Shown here: in pieces, positions 37,829 to 48,735 of the stretch
How the letters are laid out: each line of letters begins with the position of its first letter
Position numbering within the stretch: the stretch's first letter is position 1
Assembly (NCBI RefSeq): GCF_039654945.1
Contig: NW_027361725.1
Coordinates: 21,948,001 to 22,012,000, forward strand
Direction of reading: 5' to 3'
Source: Dendrobates tinctorius
Lineage: Eukaryota
Length of the DNA stretch: 64,000 nt
Notes under the pieces: generated by a model
Told to the model about the DNA's origin: nothing
What the model saw: only the letters and a program-made list of their open reading frames with translations
Databases searched by the model: none
Position numbers and translations under genes: made by a program

Positions 37829-38898
37829 GTGGTGCAAGTGAAATGAAAGCCATGGAAGCGAGCAGCCAAGCAGGTGCAACAGGCAATGCTGTGGATAGTA
37901 AAACTGAAAAATTCGATATGTGTTCATCTTGAATTTTTTGAATTGTAACAAGGATGCAGTGGGCAGCAAGACAATGATGACAGTGAAAGAAAGACTGATT
38001 ACAAAGAATAAGAGGGCACCACCATGATGAGATGAGTGCCGCCTATGTGTACAAAAAAGACAATGCATATAGACAACAGTGAAATAAAGGGCACACTGAA
38101 AAATTACGAGTTCAATAATTTACGTCGGGCATCAAGTTTATAGATTTGACCTTTTTGATCATTACTGTATACACATTTGAAAGTAATTGTGCACTAACAG
38201 AAGAAAGTGATGCAAGATTGCCGGCAATGTAGTTTGGAATTACAAAGGCCCATGATGACAATTTTAGCATTTTATGATAATGTCACAGGCAGCGCATTTA
38301 TACATTGTACGCAGCCAAACCCTCCAAACATTATCGGCTGCGCCTGATACAAAATGCTCCGTTCCCAAGCTTAATTCCACTTGCGGAGACGTGAAGTGAT
38401 TCATTAATCAAGACCAGTGTTTTTTTAACAACAGATAATTAATTCAGTCAGTCTGAGAACTGCAACACGGGCTGAGTAATCGTTACTGGATGAAATGGTC
38501 GGTGATAGTACAGTGTCTCGTTGTGTCCATTTCAATACAAAACAAAGGGAAGAAACAAAATAGAAATGTATATAAATATCACACAGATAAATGGAAAGGT
38601 TGTAATGTTCTTCAGTGGGATTACCCCCCAAAATCACTACTTTATCTCCCAGATATTCACAATTTGTATCAGTAAATATTGTCATACATATTGCTTAAAA
38701 TAGTAATAAAAAACTGTGGCATAGTCACCTTGCAGAGGTCAGGTGATTAGAAGTGCATGTCATAAGAGAAAAATCTGATGACAAGCTCTTCTAGCAACCT
38801 GACCGCTGCAGACAATCACAGGTTGCAGTTGTTGTCTGACTTCTGGAACAGGTCTACACCTCAGGAGTGGCCTGTGCTGGATTCGCAGGGGCGCTTAA

Positions 38899-39290
38899 AG
38901 GGAATTTGTCATCAGGGTTTTGCTACCTCATCTGAGAGCAGAATAATGTTGGGACAGAGACTATGATTCCAGCGATGTATCACTTAGTTTACTTGGTGCA
39001 GCGGTTGTGACACAATTAGAGTTCTTAGAAATAGCATGAAGCAGAGCTCAGACAGCTAACCCTGCCCACACCAGGCTCTATATGTACGTTGTCTATTGAC
39101 AGGAAGCTGGTTGGACCAGAGCTTGCATGCTCTGTAGTCCAGGCAGTGATAATATCCTGGTGATAAAACATTTATTGCATGGAAACAGGACTGCACAGCC
39201 TAATAAGTGACACATCCCTGAATTCAGTCTCTTAGCCCCTACCTACTGCTGCCCTCAGATTACATAGCAAAATCTGCTGACAGATTCCCT
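38899..39290. mobile_element. T2/Kolobok MITE
   Basis: TTAA|AGGGAATTTGTCA ... TGACAGATTCCCT|TTAA. Confidence 0.88.
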
Positions 39291-39533
39291 TTAAGGTGAG
39301 AATCCAATTTTTTTATTTTAAGCACAATCATGTACTTATCAATAAAAACAAATTAAAACACTCTCTATCGGACAACCCATTTAAGCTTAAACTTTAGGCT
39401 TTCTTCTTACATAGGTCCAATATTTTTAGCTGATTGATTTCTAAGAATATCTTTATAGGAGCAATGTATAGTGTATACTGCATATCAGTTGACTCTAGTG
39501 ACCACTGCAGTCAGGCAGATTGTGATCACTTAA

Positions 39534-39929
39534 AGGGAATCTGTCAGCAGTTTTTTGCTATGTAATCTGAGGTCAGCATGAGGTAGGGGCTGAGACACAG
39601 ATTTCAGTGATGTGTCACTTATCCTGTGTGCTGTTTTTTGTCCAGACAATTAATGTTTTATCAACAGGAGATTATCATTGCCCAGACTAGCTCCCTCATG
39701 CTAAGTGGTCCGACCACTCCCCCTCCTTTGATTAGCAGATCACTGTTAATATACAATGTACATAGAGAGCTGTGGTGGGGCGGGGCTAGCTTTCTGAGCT
39801 CTGCTACATGTAAAATCTCAAAACTCTGATTGTGTTACAACTAAGTGAAACATCGCTAGAATCAGGGTCTCTTTTTCTACATTGTGCTGCTCTCAGATGA
39901 GGTAGCAAAAACCTGCTGACAGATTCCCT
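39534..39929. mobile_element. T2/Kolobok MITE, inverted relative to 38899-39290
   Basis: TTAA|AGGGAATCTGTCAGCAG ... CTGCTGACAGATTCCCT|TTAA. Confidence 0.9.
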
Positions 39930-40211
39930 TTAAAACTATGTATATGTAGGCAACTTGAGGCTCTGTATCAGAAAAACTGAGCTCTGGACCTCAATAATAA
40001 TATTTTATGTTTAAAAATTAATAGGCATATATTTTTTATGTTACCTTAATACATCAAGAGTGTTAAAAAGTAACATTCTCATTGAGGGGATCCTGTCACT
40101 AGATAGACCCTGCACGATCCACGGGCAGCATGAAACACAGCCTGGCATGTTCTACACTGTAAACCTTTCACTCGTTTCATGGAGCAAGAACTTACTGGCA
40201 GATTCCCTTTT

Positions 40212-40493
40212 GGATACTTTCCCATGATGAGCTTTTTGTGAGTTTTTAATCTAGCAGATTTTCTGCATCCATTAAGTAAAATAGGTTACTTGCGTTCTTT
40301 TATTTGAAAATTCGTAGAGTAAAAAAATCACCAAAAAATTCACAGTGGGAACGCAGCCTTAGGATACATTCCCATGGTGAGCTTTTGGTGAGATTGTGAT
40401 TTTGTTTATTTTCTGAAACCACTAAGTAAAATCGGTTACTCTCTTTTTTCTGAAAATATGCAGTGTAGAAAAACTCATCATGGGAACATAGCC
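40212..40493. mobile_element. Head-to-tail pair of Harbinger MITEs (40212-40358 and 40362-40493)
   Basis: GGATAC.TTCCCATG.TGAG ... TGGGAAC..AGCC in both copies, joined by TTA. Confidence 0.7.
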
Positions 40494-40690
40494 TTCAGAT
40501 CCCAATTCATCAGTTTTCTCCAGTTTACTAAGGGTACGTGCACGTGGCGTCTTTTGGACACCTACGTACCCACTGAGTTTTTGAAGCAGAAGTTGCTCCA
40601 GGAAAATGCTGGCGGTGAAGCATCTTTGGTGTCCTCTTAATACTCTTTAGTGCTGGTGTCTCTGCTTTTTTAGCTTCATATACAAAGTAG

Positions 40691-41291
40691 TAGAGTTGAG
40701 CGAAACAGGTCGGTCAGATTCAAAAGTCGCCGACTTTCGCCAAAGTCGGGTTCAATGAAACGAAACCCGACCACAGTGTGAAGTCGGCCATGCGGTCGGC
40801 GACCCAAGCGCCAAAGTCGGGTTCAATGAAACGAAACCCGACCACAGTGTGAAGTCGGCCATGCGGTCAGCGACCCAAGCGCCAAAGTCGGGTTCAATGA
40901 AACGAAACCCGACCACAGTGTGAAGTCAGCCATGCGGTCGGCGACCCAAGCGCCAAAGTCGGGTTTCGCCGAATGCTTGCACGTGACTTTTTTCAGCCAA
41001 TGAGAGAAGCGGAGCATAGCGTAGCTGGAGTGGAAGTGGGAGAGGGAGAGAAAGAGGGAGAGGGAAGAGAGAGAGAGAGAAATTTCGCCGCCTCTAGGGT
41101 TAAAATTCATGCCAGGTGTGTTTACAGTCCTCCACTCACTGCCGACTTTTCTCCCCATTGACTTGCATTGGGTTTCGTGTTTCACGACTTTTCCCTATAG
41201 TCGGCCGATTTCGTTCGACTCGACTTTTTGAGAAAGTCGGGTTTCATGAAACCCGACTAGACACTAAAAAAGGCAAAGTCGCTCATCTCTA
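40691..41291. mobile_element. hAT MITE with an internal 71-bp repeat in three copies
   Basis: TAGAGTTGAGCGA / TCGCTCATCTCTA; perfect TSD CAAAGTAG; repeat at 40738-40950. Confidence 0.93.
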
Positions 41292-42400
41292 CAAAGTAGT
41301 GATCAGCAAGTCCTGCTAAATTGGGGGCCTAAAGGTTTATGCTCAGAATATACAATTTTATGCTAATACTTTCTTTATGAGGCATATAGCAATTAGTGAA
41401 AATCTAGAAGGAAATCAAGTTAACTGTCAATCTCTAGGGTTGAAATTAACTGACTGCAAGCTCTTCGGAACAGCAAATGAATAGTAATACTGTGAGGCCA
41501 CATTAAGAAGAAAAAAAAAGGAAATGAATGAATAATGAATATACTTCAGTATTGGAATTTGCATGAAAAAAGATGCATTTTATTGGCATAAAAGGGCTGT
41601 GCATTCGGTGTCCCTCTCTGAACCCCCTTGTCAGAAGACAGCTCCATACCCTCTTCCCTTATGCCATCTGCTTGGGATCTGTCCTTGGACAAGCATTCAA
41701 TGTCCTGTTAATTAGCTGCCTGGGAGGGGCTGCAATGGGACCCCATTGTGAACAACTATGAGAAAAAGGTTCCACACTTCCAGAGAGAGAAAATACTCCG
41801 CAATTACAGATAGGGTGATACAGCTCTGACCTCCTGCCAGTAATTAAGACAGATCCTATGAGGGCAGGAGTCTAGTGATCTAGTTACTGTCTGTACTACT
41901 TGCAGACAGACAAGATAATCACTATGAACATTAGATCATTTATACATCAAAAATAGAAGTATTACATTGACATATGGAGGGTAATTTCTAGCAGTGTAAT
42001 TCTAGATTTAAATTGCATGTCTTGTGTTTTTTACACATATTTGTATTGATTTTTATGCCCCGTTCCGTCCTGAATAAAGCACCCATACTGTATGATAGCA
42101 ACATGTTTCTATAAGAGCGCAGACAATATTTCAATAAAGGTCTAAAATAAATAGTAAAATAGGACATAATAACGATACAATATAAGTCCAGAGACATCAG
42201 ACAATATTGCCTCACAGTCAGCACCAGATGTGGTAATTTATCTCTTAGACCTCATTCAGACATCCGTGTTTCCAGTACATGCATACCTCCCATCTTATGA
42301 AGAAAAGAAAGGGGCACATATTGACCTTGCCCTAGCCACACCCCAATCTGAGACAGCACCAATCACAACAGTCAAAATGGATGGGGTGATCGCAACTTAA

Positions 42401-42691
42401 CAGTGATGAGCGAGTATACTCATTGCCCGGGTTTTTCCAAGCATGCTCGGGTGTCCTCCAAGTATTTTGGCGTGCTCTGAGATTTAGTTTTAGTTGTCTC
42501 AGGTGCATGATTTGCGGCTGCTAGACAGCCTGAATACATGTGGGAATTCCCTAACAAACAGGTATTCCTCACATGTATTCAGCTTGTCCAGCAGCTGCAA
42601 ACCATGCAGCTGCGTTGACACAAACTAAACCTCCGAGCAAGCCAAGATACTCGGAGAAAACCTGAGTTACGAGTATACTCGCTCATCGCTA
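42401..42691. mobile_element. Palindromic hAT MITE (same family as 5675-5986)
   Basis: CAGTGATGAGCGAGTATACTC / GAGTATACTCGCTCATCGCTA. Confidence 0.85.
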
Positions 42692-42699
42692 GTGTTTAA

Positions 42700-43215
42700 T
42701 GGGAATCAGTCACCTCATTTTGGCAGTCTATGTAAATGATTTCGGTCCGGTCCGATGGGCGGTGTTTTGAGTCCTTTCCTCCACCCCTCTTTGGCCGCTG
42801 TCCACAATATTTCTGGGAATTTCCGTAGTTGTCCTCCATATTATGCGCGTGTTCATTGCAATCTTGACTCGTGCACGCGCAGTATGCTTTGCCCAACTGC
42901 GGGCAAAGCCAAAAAGCATTAGTGCGCAAGCGCCGGTGAACTATATCCCGGAACACAGCAAAATACTTCCAGGACATAGTTTACCAGCGTAAGCGCACTA
43001 ATGGTTTTCGGCTTTGCCTGCAGTTGGGCAAAGCATACTGTGCGTGCGCGAGTCAAGATTGCAATGCGCACGCATGTAATATGGAGGACAACTACGGAAA
43101 TTCCTAGAAATATTGCAGACAGCGGCCAAAGAGGGGTGGATGGAAGAACCCAAAACACCACCCATCGGACCGGACCAAAATCATTTACATAGACCACCAA
43201 AATGACAGATTCCCT
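42700..43215. mobile_element. Fold-back T2/Kolobok MITE (~250-bp arms)
   Basis: TTAA flanks; near-complete palindrome that yields mirror-image ORFs on both strands. Confidence 0.88.
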
Positions 43216-43573
43216 TTAACCCTTTTGGCGACGATTGGCTGAACAATAGTTACTGACCAATCGGCACCAAAACGGTTGATTTAAAATAATGATCGCCGCT
43301 CTGCATGCCCTCTTTTCCTTGGAGTTGCCATGCAGTGTGGTTGTAAACCCCCTCTGTGTACCTGAGAAAAATAAAAAATCATTGGTGGCCTGGCCAGTTC
43401 AAACCTCCTGCAATCTTTTGTGCCTCCTGCAATTCTGTGTTGTGCTGCGTGCTCTCTACTGTGTAACTGATATGTGATTACAGCAGCAGCAGCAGGAGGA
43501 GTTGATAAATCACTGTTCCAGCTCCGTGGACTTTTTCCTTTTTTTGCTATAGGTAGCCAATGTTGCAATGTTA

Positions 43574-43888
43574 GGCTAGTTTCAGACTAGAGTTTCTGGG
43601 CGCAGCGCAGGGTCGCCGCTAAGCCCCGCCCCGTCCGCGCCCCCTCCTGTCATCTCCTCCTCCGATCGCATGACTGTGCATGCGATCAGCGTACCCTATA
43701 CTTAGCGTTGGGTGCGCTGATCGTGCGCTGGTCTGATTTTGCTGGCGCTGCGCCCTTTTGTATAGGGTACGCTGATCGCATGCACAGTCATGCGATCGGA
43801 GGAGGAGATGACAGGAGGGGCCGCGGCCTTGGGCAGGGATTAGCAGCGACCCTGCGCTGCGCCCAGAAACGCTAGTCTGAAACTAGCC
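43574..43888. mobile_element. Palindromic Harbinger MITE
   Basis: TTA|GGCTAGTTTCAGACTAG ... CTAGTCTGAAACTAGCC|TTA. Confidence 0.92.
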
Positions 43889-43985
43889 TTAGTGACGTCT
43901 GATTTTCTTGTAGAAAAAAAATAATAGCTGTTCGCATAGAGTAGTGTTATAGGTAGGGAGGTAGCACATTAGGGGAGTGAATGTC

Positions 43986-45411
43986 TGTTAGTAGGGATGA
44001 GTGAGTACTGTAGTATTCAGACTTGCTGTACTCGTTACGAGTACCTCCTAATACTCGGGTACTTGTAACGAGTACCGAGTCCAATGTAAGTCTATGGGAA
44101 ATGTGATTAATGGGCGGGGACTGTGATGGACTGGGCGGGGACTGTGCGAAGACTGTGCCAGGCTATGCGGGACTGTGCTGGCCTGTGCGGGGACTGTGCC
44201 GGGCTGTGCGGGACTGTGCGGGACTGTGCGCGACTGTGCTGGCCCGTACCTGGCTGTGCGGAACTGTGCTGGCCTGTGCAAAGACTGTGCAGGGCTTTGC
44301 AGGTACTGTGTTGGACTGTGCTGGGCTGTGTGGGACTGTGGTGGGCCGTGCTGGGCTGTGCCGTGCTGTGCGGGACTGTGCAAGGCTGTGTAGGGACTGT
44401 GCGGGCTGTTGCAAATATTGCGAGGCGAGTAGTGAAATACTTGCGAGGGTTCGAGTACCGAGAGTACCGCATTACTCACCGAGTACCGAATCCTCACGAG
44501 TATGCTCACTTATCCCTATCTGTTAAGACTGGCGGAACGCACCAAATAAGAATTTATAATATAGTGCGTTCGCAACCCGGGGTCCACCGTGCGGTGATGG
44601 AGAAATTGCAGCTAGCAGAATGGCGGAGCAAGGCTGTGAGAAAACATTTTAAGCACACTGAGCTAAACGTCACTCATTGTGCACAGAGCGCAAAGTAACA
44701 AGCTCTGTTACACCACTTAGCGGTACTATGAGGCAAAGCAAAAAGGACTATAATCTGTTAGACTGCACAGGCGTATAGAAAAATACTAATTGGGATCCCT
44801 ATAACTTAACCCCCCCAGGAAAGATTTATCTGGTGGTTGACCCTGCTCTGACACACAGTTGTGTTTTCTGCACACGCACCTGAGGACGCCCAATGCAGAT
44901 GCTAAGTTCAAGCAGGTGTTCCCACTCTCCACTGCCTGTCTAGACAAACACTTGCAGTGCTATTAGCGGCACACGTGCACACAGGGTGATGCAGTAGCTA
45001 CCAACACACATGATACTAGCGCACAGGCGTGCACTCCAGAGGACCTTTTATACATACAGCTCAAGTACAGACAGACAGGACCTTGCCTGTGGACCAATCA
45101 GAAGCTGCACATAACCAGAGCAGGTGATGTCCCAGCAGCAATAAGAAGGCGCCACATCCCGGACATGCTCAGTAGGATAAAATCTGTACTTAGGCTCCAG
45201 AGTACAACGCTGCATGTGTAAACCAGTAGTCATCATAGGTTTAGCTGAAGGGTCAGCAGCAACTACACATGCAGCATGAGCTTGGACAAGGTGCTGGGGT
45301 CAGAGTCTGTGCTGAGCAGTCATCCCAGTGGCTGAACCTGAATGGGAGACCACAGCACCAGACAAGGCATGGGATCTATCCCATGCAGTGGAAAAATATC
45401 GGCACCTAACA
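43986..45411 (-). mobile_element. Solo LTR (family C) with an hAT MITE inserted 6 bp inside one end
   Basis: TSD ATGTC at 43981-85 and 45412-16; homologous to 23867-24701 (CGCAACCCGGGGTCCACCGTGC; GGACATGCTCAGTA). Confidence 0.88.
43992..44518. mobile_element. hAT MITE with a 10-bp GGGACTGTGC minisatellite (~44110-44410)
   Basis: TAGGGATGAGTGAG / CTCACTTATCCCTA; TSD TCTGTTAG / TCTGTTAA. Confidence 0.88.
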
Positions 45412-45928
45412 ATGTCACTGTGTTAGTGAAGTTTCTTTTGAAAAAAAAAAAAGAATAGTTAGCGCCGAGTAACTTTATAGGTAGAGCATCACTGTAATAT
45501 TTTTAACCAAAGTTTTTTTTACTTCTACTGATTTTCTTTTCTTTTTTTTCTTCTAAGTGTTTCTTCTAAATTTTTCCTTTTCACTTTTCTACTTTTTTCT
45601 ATACATTTTATAGTAAATGTAATAGTAAATAGTACCCTTTTCACACACCGTACACAATACATGTGTATAAGCACCACTTAAATCCACATTCCCACTGGTT
45701 AGAAAAATAAAATAAAAATGGCGTATTCATCAAGAAGACATTATTCAGGAGAAGAAGCATATGTTTTCCTTGCCTCCAACACAGATTCAGGCAGTGAAGA
45801 TGATCCCACATCCCTCTTTTTTTTCTACTTCCTCTTCCTCCTCATCTAGTGGGATCTCCAGCAAGGCGCCCTAGGAATGAGGCAACCACTTCAGCAATTG
45901 ATCCCATATGGACTCTACTCCCCCCAAA

Positions 45929-46382
45929 ATTATAAAACCTACAAGAGACAAAATGAGCAAAAACCCTGCTGTAACAAAATAAGTAAAAAAGCAAAAGTGC
46001 ATTTCAATAACACAGAGTTCTTAGTAATACTGTTTTTGATCAAAAATAGCATAAAAGACATCCCTCTTCTGAGCTGAGCTGAATTGTATTTATATGATTC
46101 TCCAGACTGGTGTCCACTGGTTGGGACCCGGTCTTTTTGTCTGTCCTTATTCACACACTGAGGTCAACTCTGACACTTGGTAAGGTTTTTAATATTAGAC
46201 AGTGTAGGACCGTCCCGATCAAAGTCACCTTGTCGACGTTATGATGGCTTTTATACTATTTTTTTTTTTATCAAAAAACAGTATTACTAAGAACTCTGTG
46301 ATATTTAAATGCACTTTTGCTTTGTACTTATTTAGTTACAACAGGGTTTCTGCTCATTTAGTCTCTTGTATGTTTTGTACGT
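45929..46382. repeat. Inverted repeat with ~130-bp AT-rich arms
   Basis: TACAAGAGAC...GCAAAAGTGCATTT...CACAGAGTTCTTAGTAATACTG and its reverse complement at 46243-46380. Confidence 0.8.
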
Positions 46383-46829
46383 TTTATCGCCAATGTGAAC
46401 ATGCGTTTATGTGCTGCATGTATACCAACTTAGACCAAGCTCAATTTTTGTGTTCCCCCAAAAAAAATTATCAGCCTGTTATTCTGGACTTCATGGGCAG
46501 CTCAGGAATCCAATTTCATACCACAGGCCTCACTGAAATTGACTTTTTCAAAATATTTTTCAGCGAGGATATTTGTATGCCCATCAATTTTTTACCCAAA
46601 ACCCAATGTCAGCATATGCAGATGGACCAGGTTTTTGTGGGCCCCGGGTGAAAGAGTCCAGTGGGCCCCTTTAACATATACCACAATTCATTATGCACAG
46701 ATACGACAGAGGAATATAGGTAAGGTACAATGCCAAAGATGTCACTTACTGCTTACATTACATCAGTGATATCTATTGTAAATTCTACAATAGCCCAGAA
46801 ACTGGACAGTATAGTCCACCATACTGTAC

Positions 46830-47405
46830 AGTATTATGGGCACTACATAGTGCTCCATACAGAATAATGAGCCCAATATATTGCTCCATACAGAATAATA
46901 TACCCTATAGATTGCTCCATACAGAATAATGGACCCCACATAATGCTTCACACAGTATAATGAACCCATGTATTGTTCCATACATACAGTAATAATGAGC
47001 CCCATATATTGCTCCATACATAATGGGCCCCATATAATGCTCCACACATAATGGGCCCCATACAATGATCCATACAGTATATGAAGGGCCCCATATATTG
47101 CTCCATATATAATGGGCTCCATATAATGCTCCATACAGTATATGAAGGGCCCCACATATTGCTCCATATATAATGGGCTCCATATAATGCTCCATACAGT
47201 ATATGATGGGCCCCATATATTGCTCCACATATAATGGCACCCATAAAATGCTCCATACAGAATGGGTCACATATAATGCTCCATAGAGTATATGATGGAC
47301 ACCATAAAATGCTCCATTATATGCTGGGTCCCATATAATGTTCCAGTATATGCTGGGCTCCATATAATGCTCCAGTATATGATGAGCCCCGTTTAATGCT
47401 GCAAA
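46830..47405. repeat. ~28-33-bp minisatellite (CCATATAATGCTCCATACAGTATATGATGGGC) in a probable hAT-derived element
   Basis: Tandem units; source of the YGALYGAH ORFs. Confidence 0.85.
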
Positions 47406-47857
47406 CATTAAAAAAAAAAAATACTAACCTCTCGCCGCTGGCAGCTGCTCTGCTCCAGACTCCTCAGCATTGCAGTCTTTCGGCTCTCTGCACTGTGATT
47501 GTTCAGGCAGAGGGTGCACACTAGTCACATCAATGCTCCTTCTGACTTGAAACATCATAGAGTAAGGAGATGCCAAAGATGCCGCAGCAGAGGAACAGGG
47601 AGAGGTAAGTATTTATATAAGAAGAAAATGGTATAAAACCAAAGCCATCTCACCAACCAGACCATTAGGTGCACAGAACTCCATCCCGATACGATGTCAT
47701 CTTGTAATGATAAGGAAAAAAAAGTTTGTTCCAGCTCCTTTAAAAAATTTTATCCTTTAATGATTCCAAAAAAGTTTTCACACGATTAAAAACTCCACAG
47801 ACAGTGTGCAAATATGAGTGCAAGTGACATGTTTTGATCTATTACAGATCTTTCTCA

Positions 47858-48123
47858 AGCTAGTTTCACACTAGTGTTCGGCAGAGCTGTGGAGGGCTGC
47901 GTAGTTCCTCCATGAAGCTCCACCCACTACCACACCTCCTCTGGTCATTTCCGCTTACGTCTGCATGCGGCCTGCGTACTTATCTTTAACAATGGGTACG
48001 CAGGCTGTGCGGATGTATGTGGATACGTCCGCATGCGTCGTTTTGGCGATCCACGTCGAACGCAATATGTTGCAAATTGTTGCGGTCTCTGCAGCTCTGC
48101 CCAATGCAAATGTGAAGCCGGCC
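47858..48123. mobile_element. Harbinger MITE (related to 43574-43888)
   Basis: GCTAGTTTCACACTAG ... CAAATGTGAAGCCGGCC|TAA. Confidence 0.65.
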
Positions 48124-48144
48124 TAAGATAGAGCTTTTTAGTAA

Positions 48145-48338
<194 letters not shown>

Positions 48339-48735
48339 TTAATACAGCAAAAAAAGAGCAGGGATGTTTACCTGCCCAGGTCTCCAAACAAATGCACTTA
48401 TCAGGATGCAGAAAACCGATGTAATAAAGATGGCAGCAACACAGGTGTAAAACACTGATGAGACAACCACTCACAGCCTACCAATCCATGAAGGGGGTGA
48501 TTGCTTAGTATGTGATTGCACAAAAAAGGCTTCTATAGGACACTGCTCAAGTTTAGGTAAAGCAGAGCATCTGGTAAACCGCCTGTTAGTGACGCCCATA
48601 CTATTAGATCAGGTGGGCTGCCCAGCGCTATCTAAATGCATCCCATGTGAACAGACACCCCAGAGTACAAGACGAAAAATAATGGGCCTGGCTGCACCCT
48701 GAAAAATAAAGTGCTGAAAATACATATATAAAAAT

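Larger units (their letters stand above)
43220..46575 (+). mobile_element. Decayed piggyBac 5' part with transposase remnants, multiply interrupted
   Basis: TTAA|CCCTT start; ATG at 45718 gives an acidic N-terminus MAYSSRRHYSGEEAYVFLASNTDSGSEDDP; NYQPVILDFMGSSGIQF...EIDFFKIFFSED near 46460-46570 resembles PGBD4-like transposases. Confidence 0.7.

Noticed and set aside
37493-38068. 191-aa ORF with an internal repeat
   Set aside because: Reads through the 185-bp triplication of MITE sequence.
40738-40950. Tandem hammerhead ribozymes in the 71-bp repeat
   Set aside because: Contains GAAAC but no CUGANGA core in a compatible topology.
44048-44698. Cys/Ala/Gly-rich ORFs resembling metallothionein or keratin-associated proteins
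   Set aside because: Produced by a 10-bp tandem repeat inside an hAT MITE.
46763-47408. YGALYG-repeat ORFs
   Set aside because: Minisatellite artefact.
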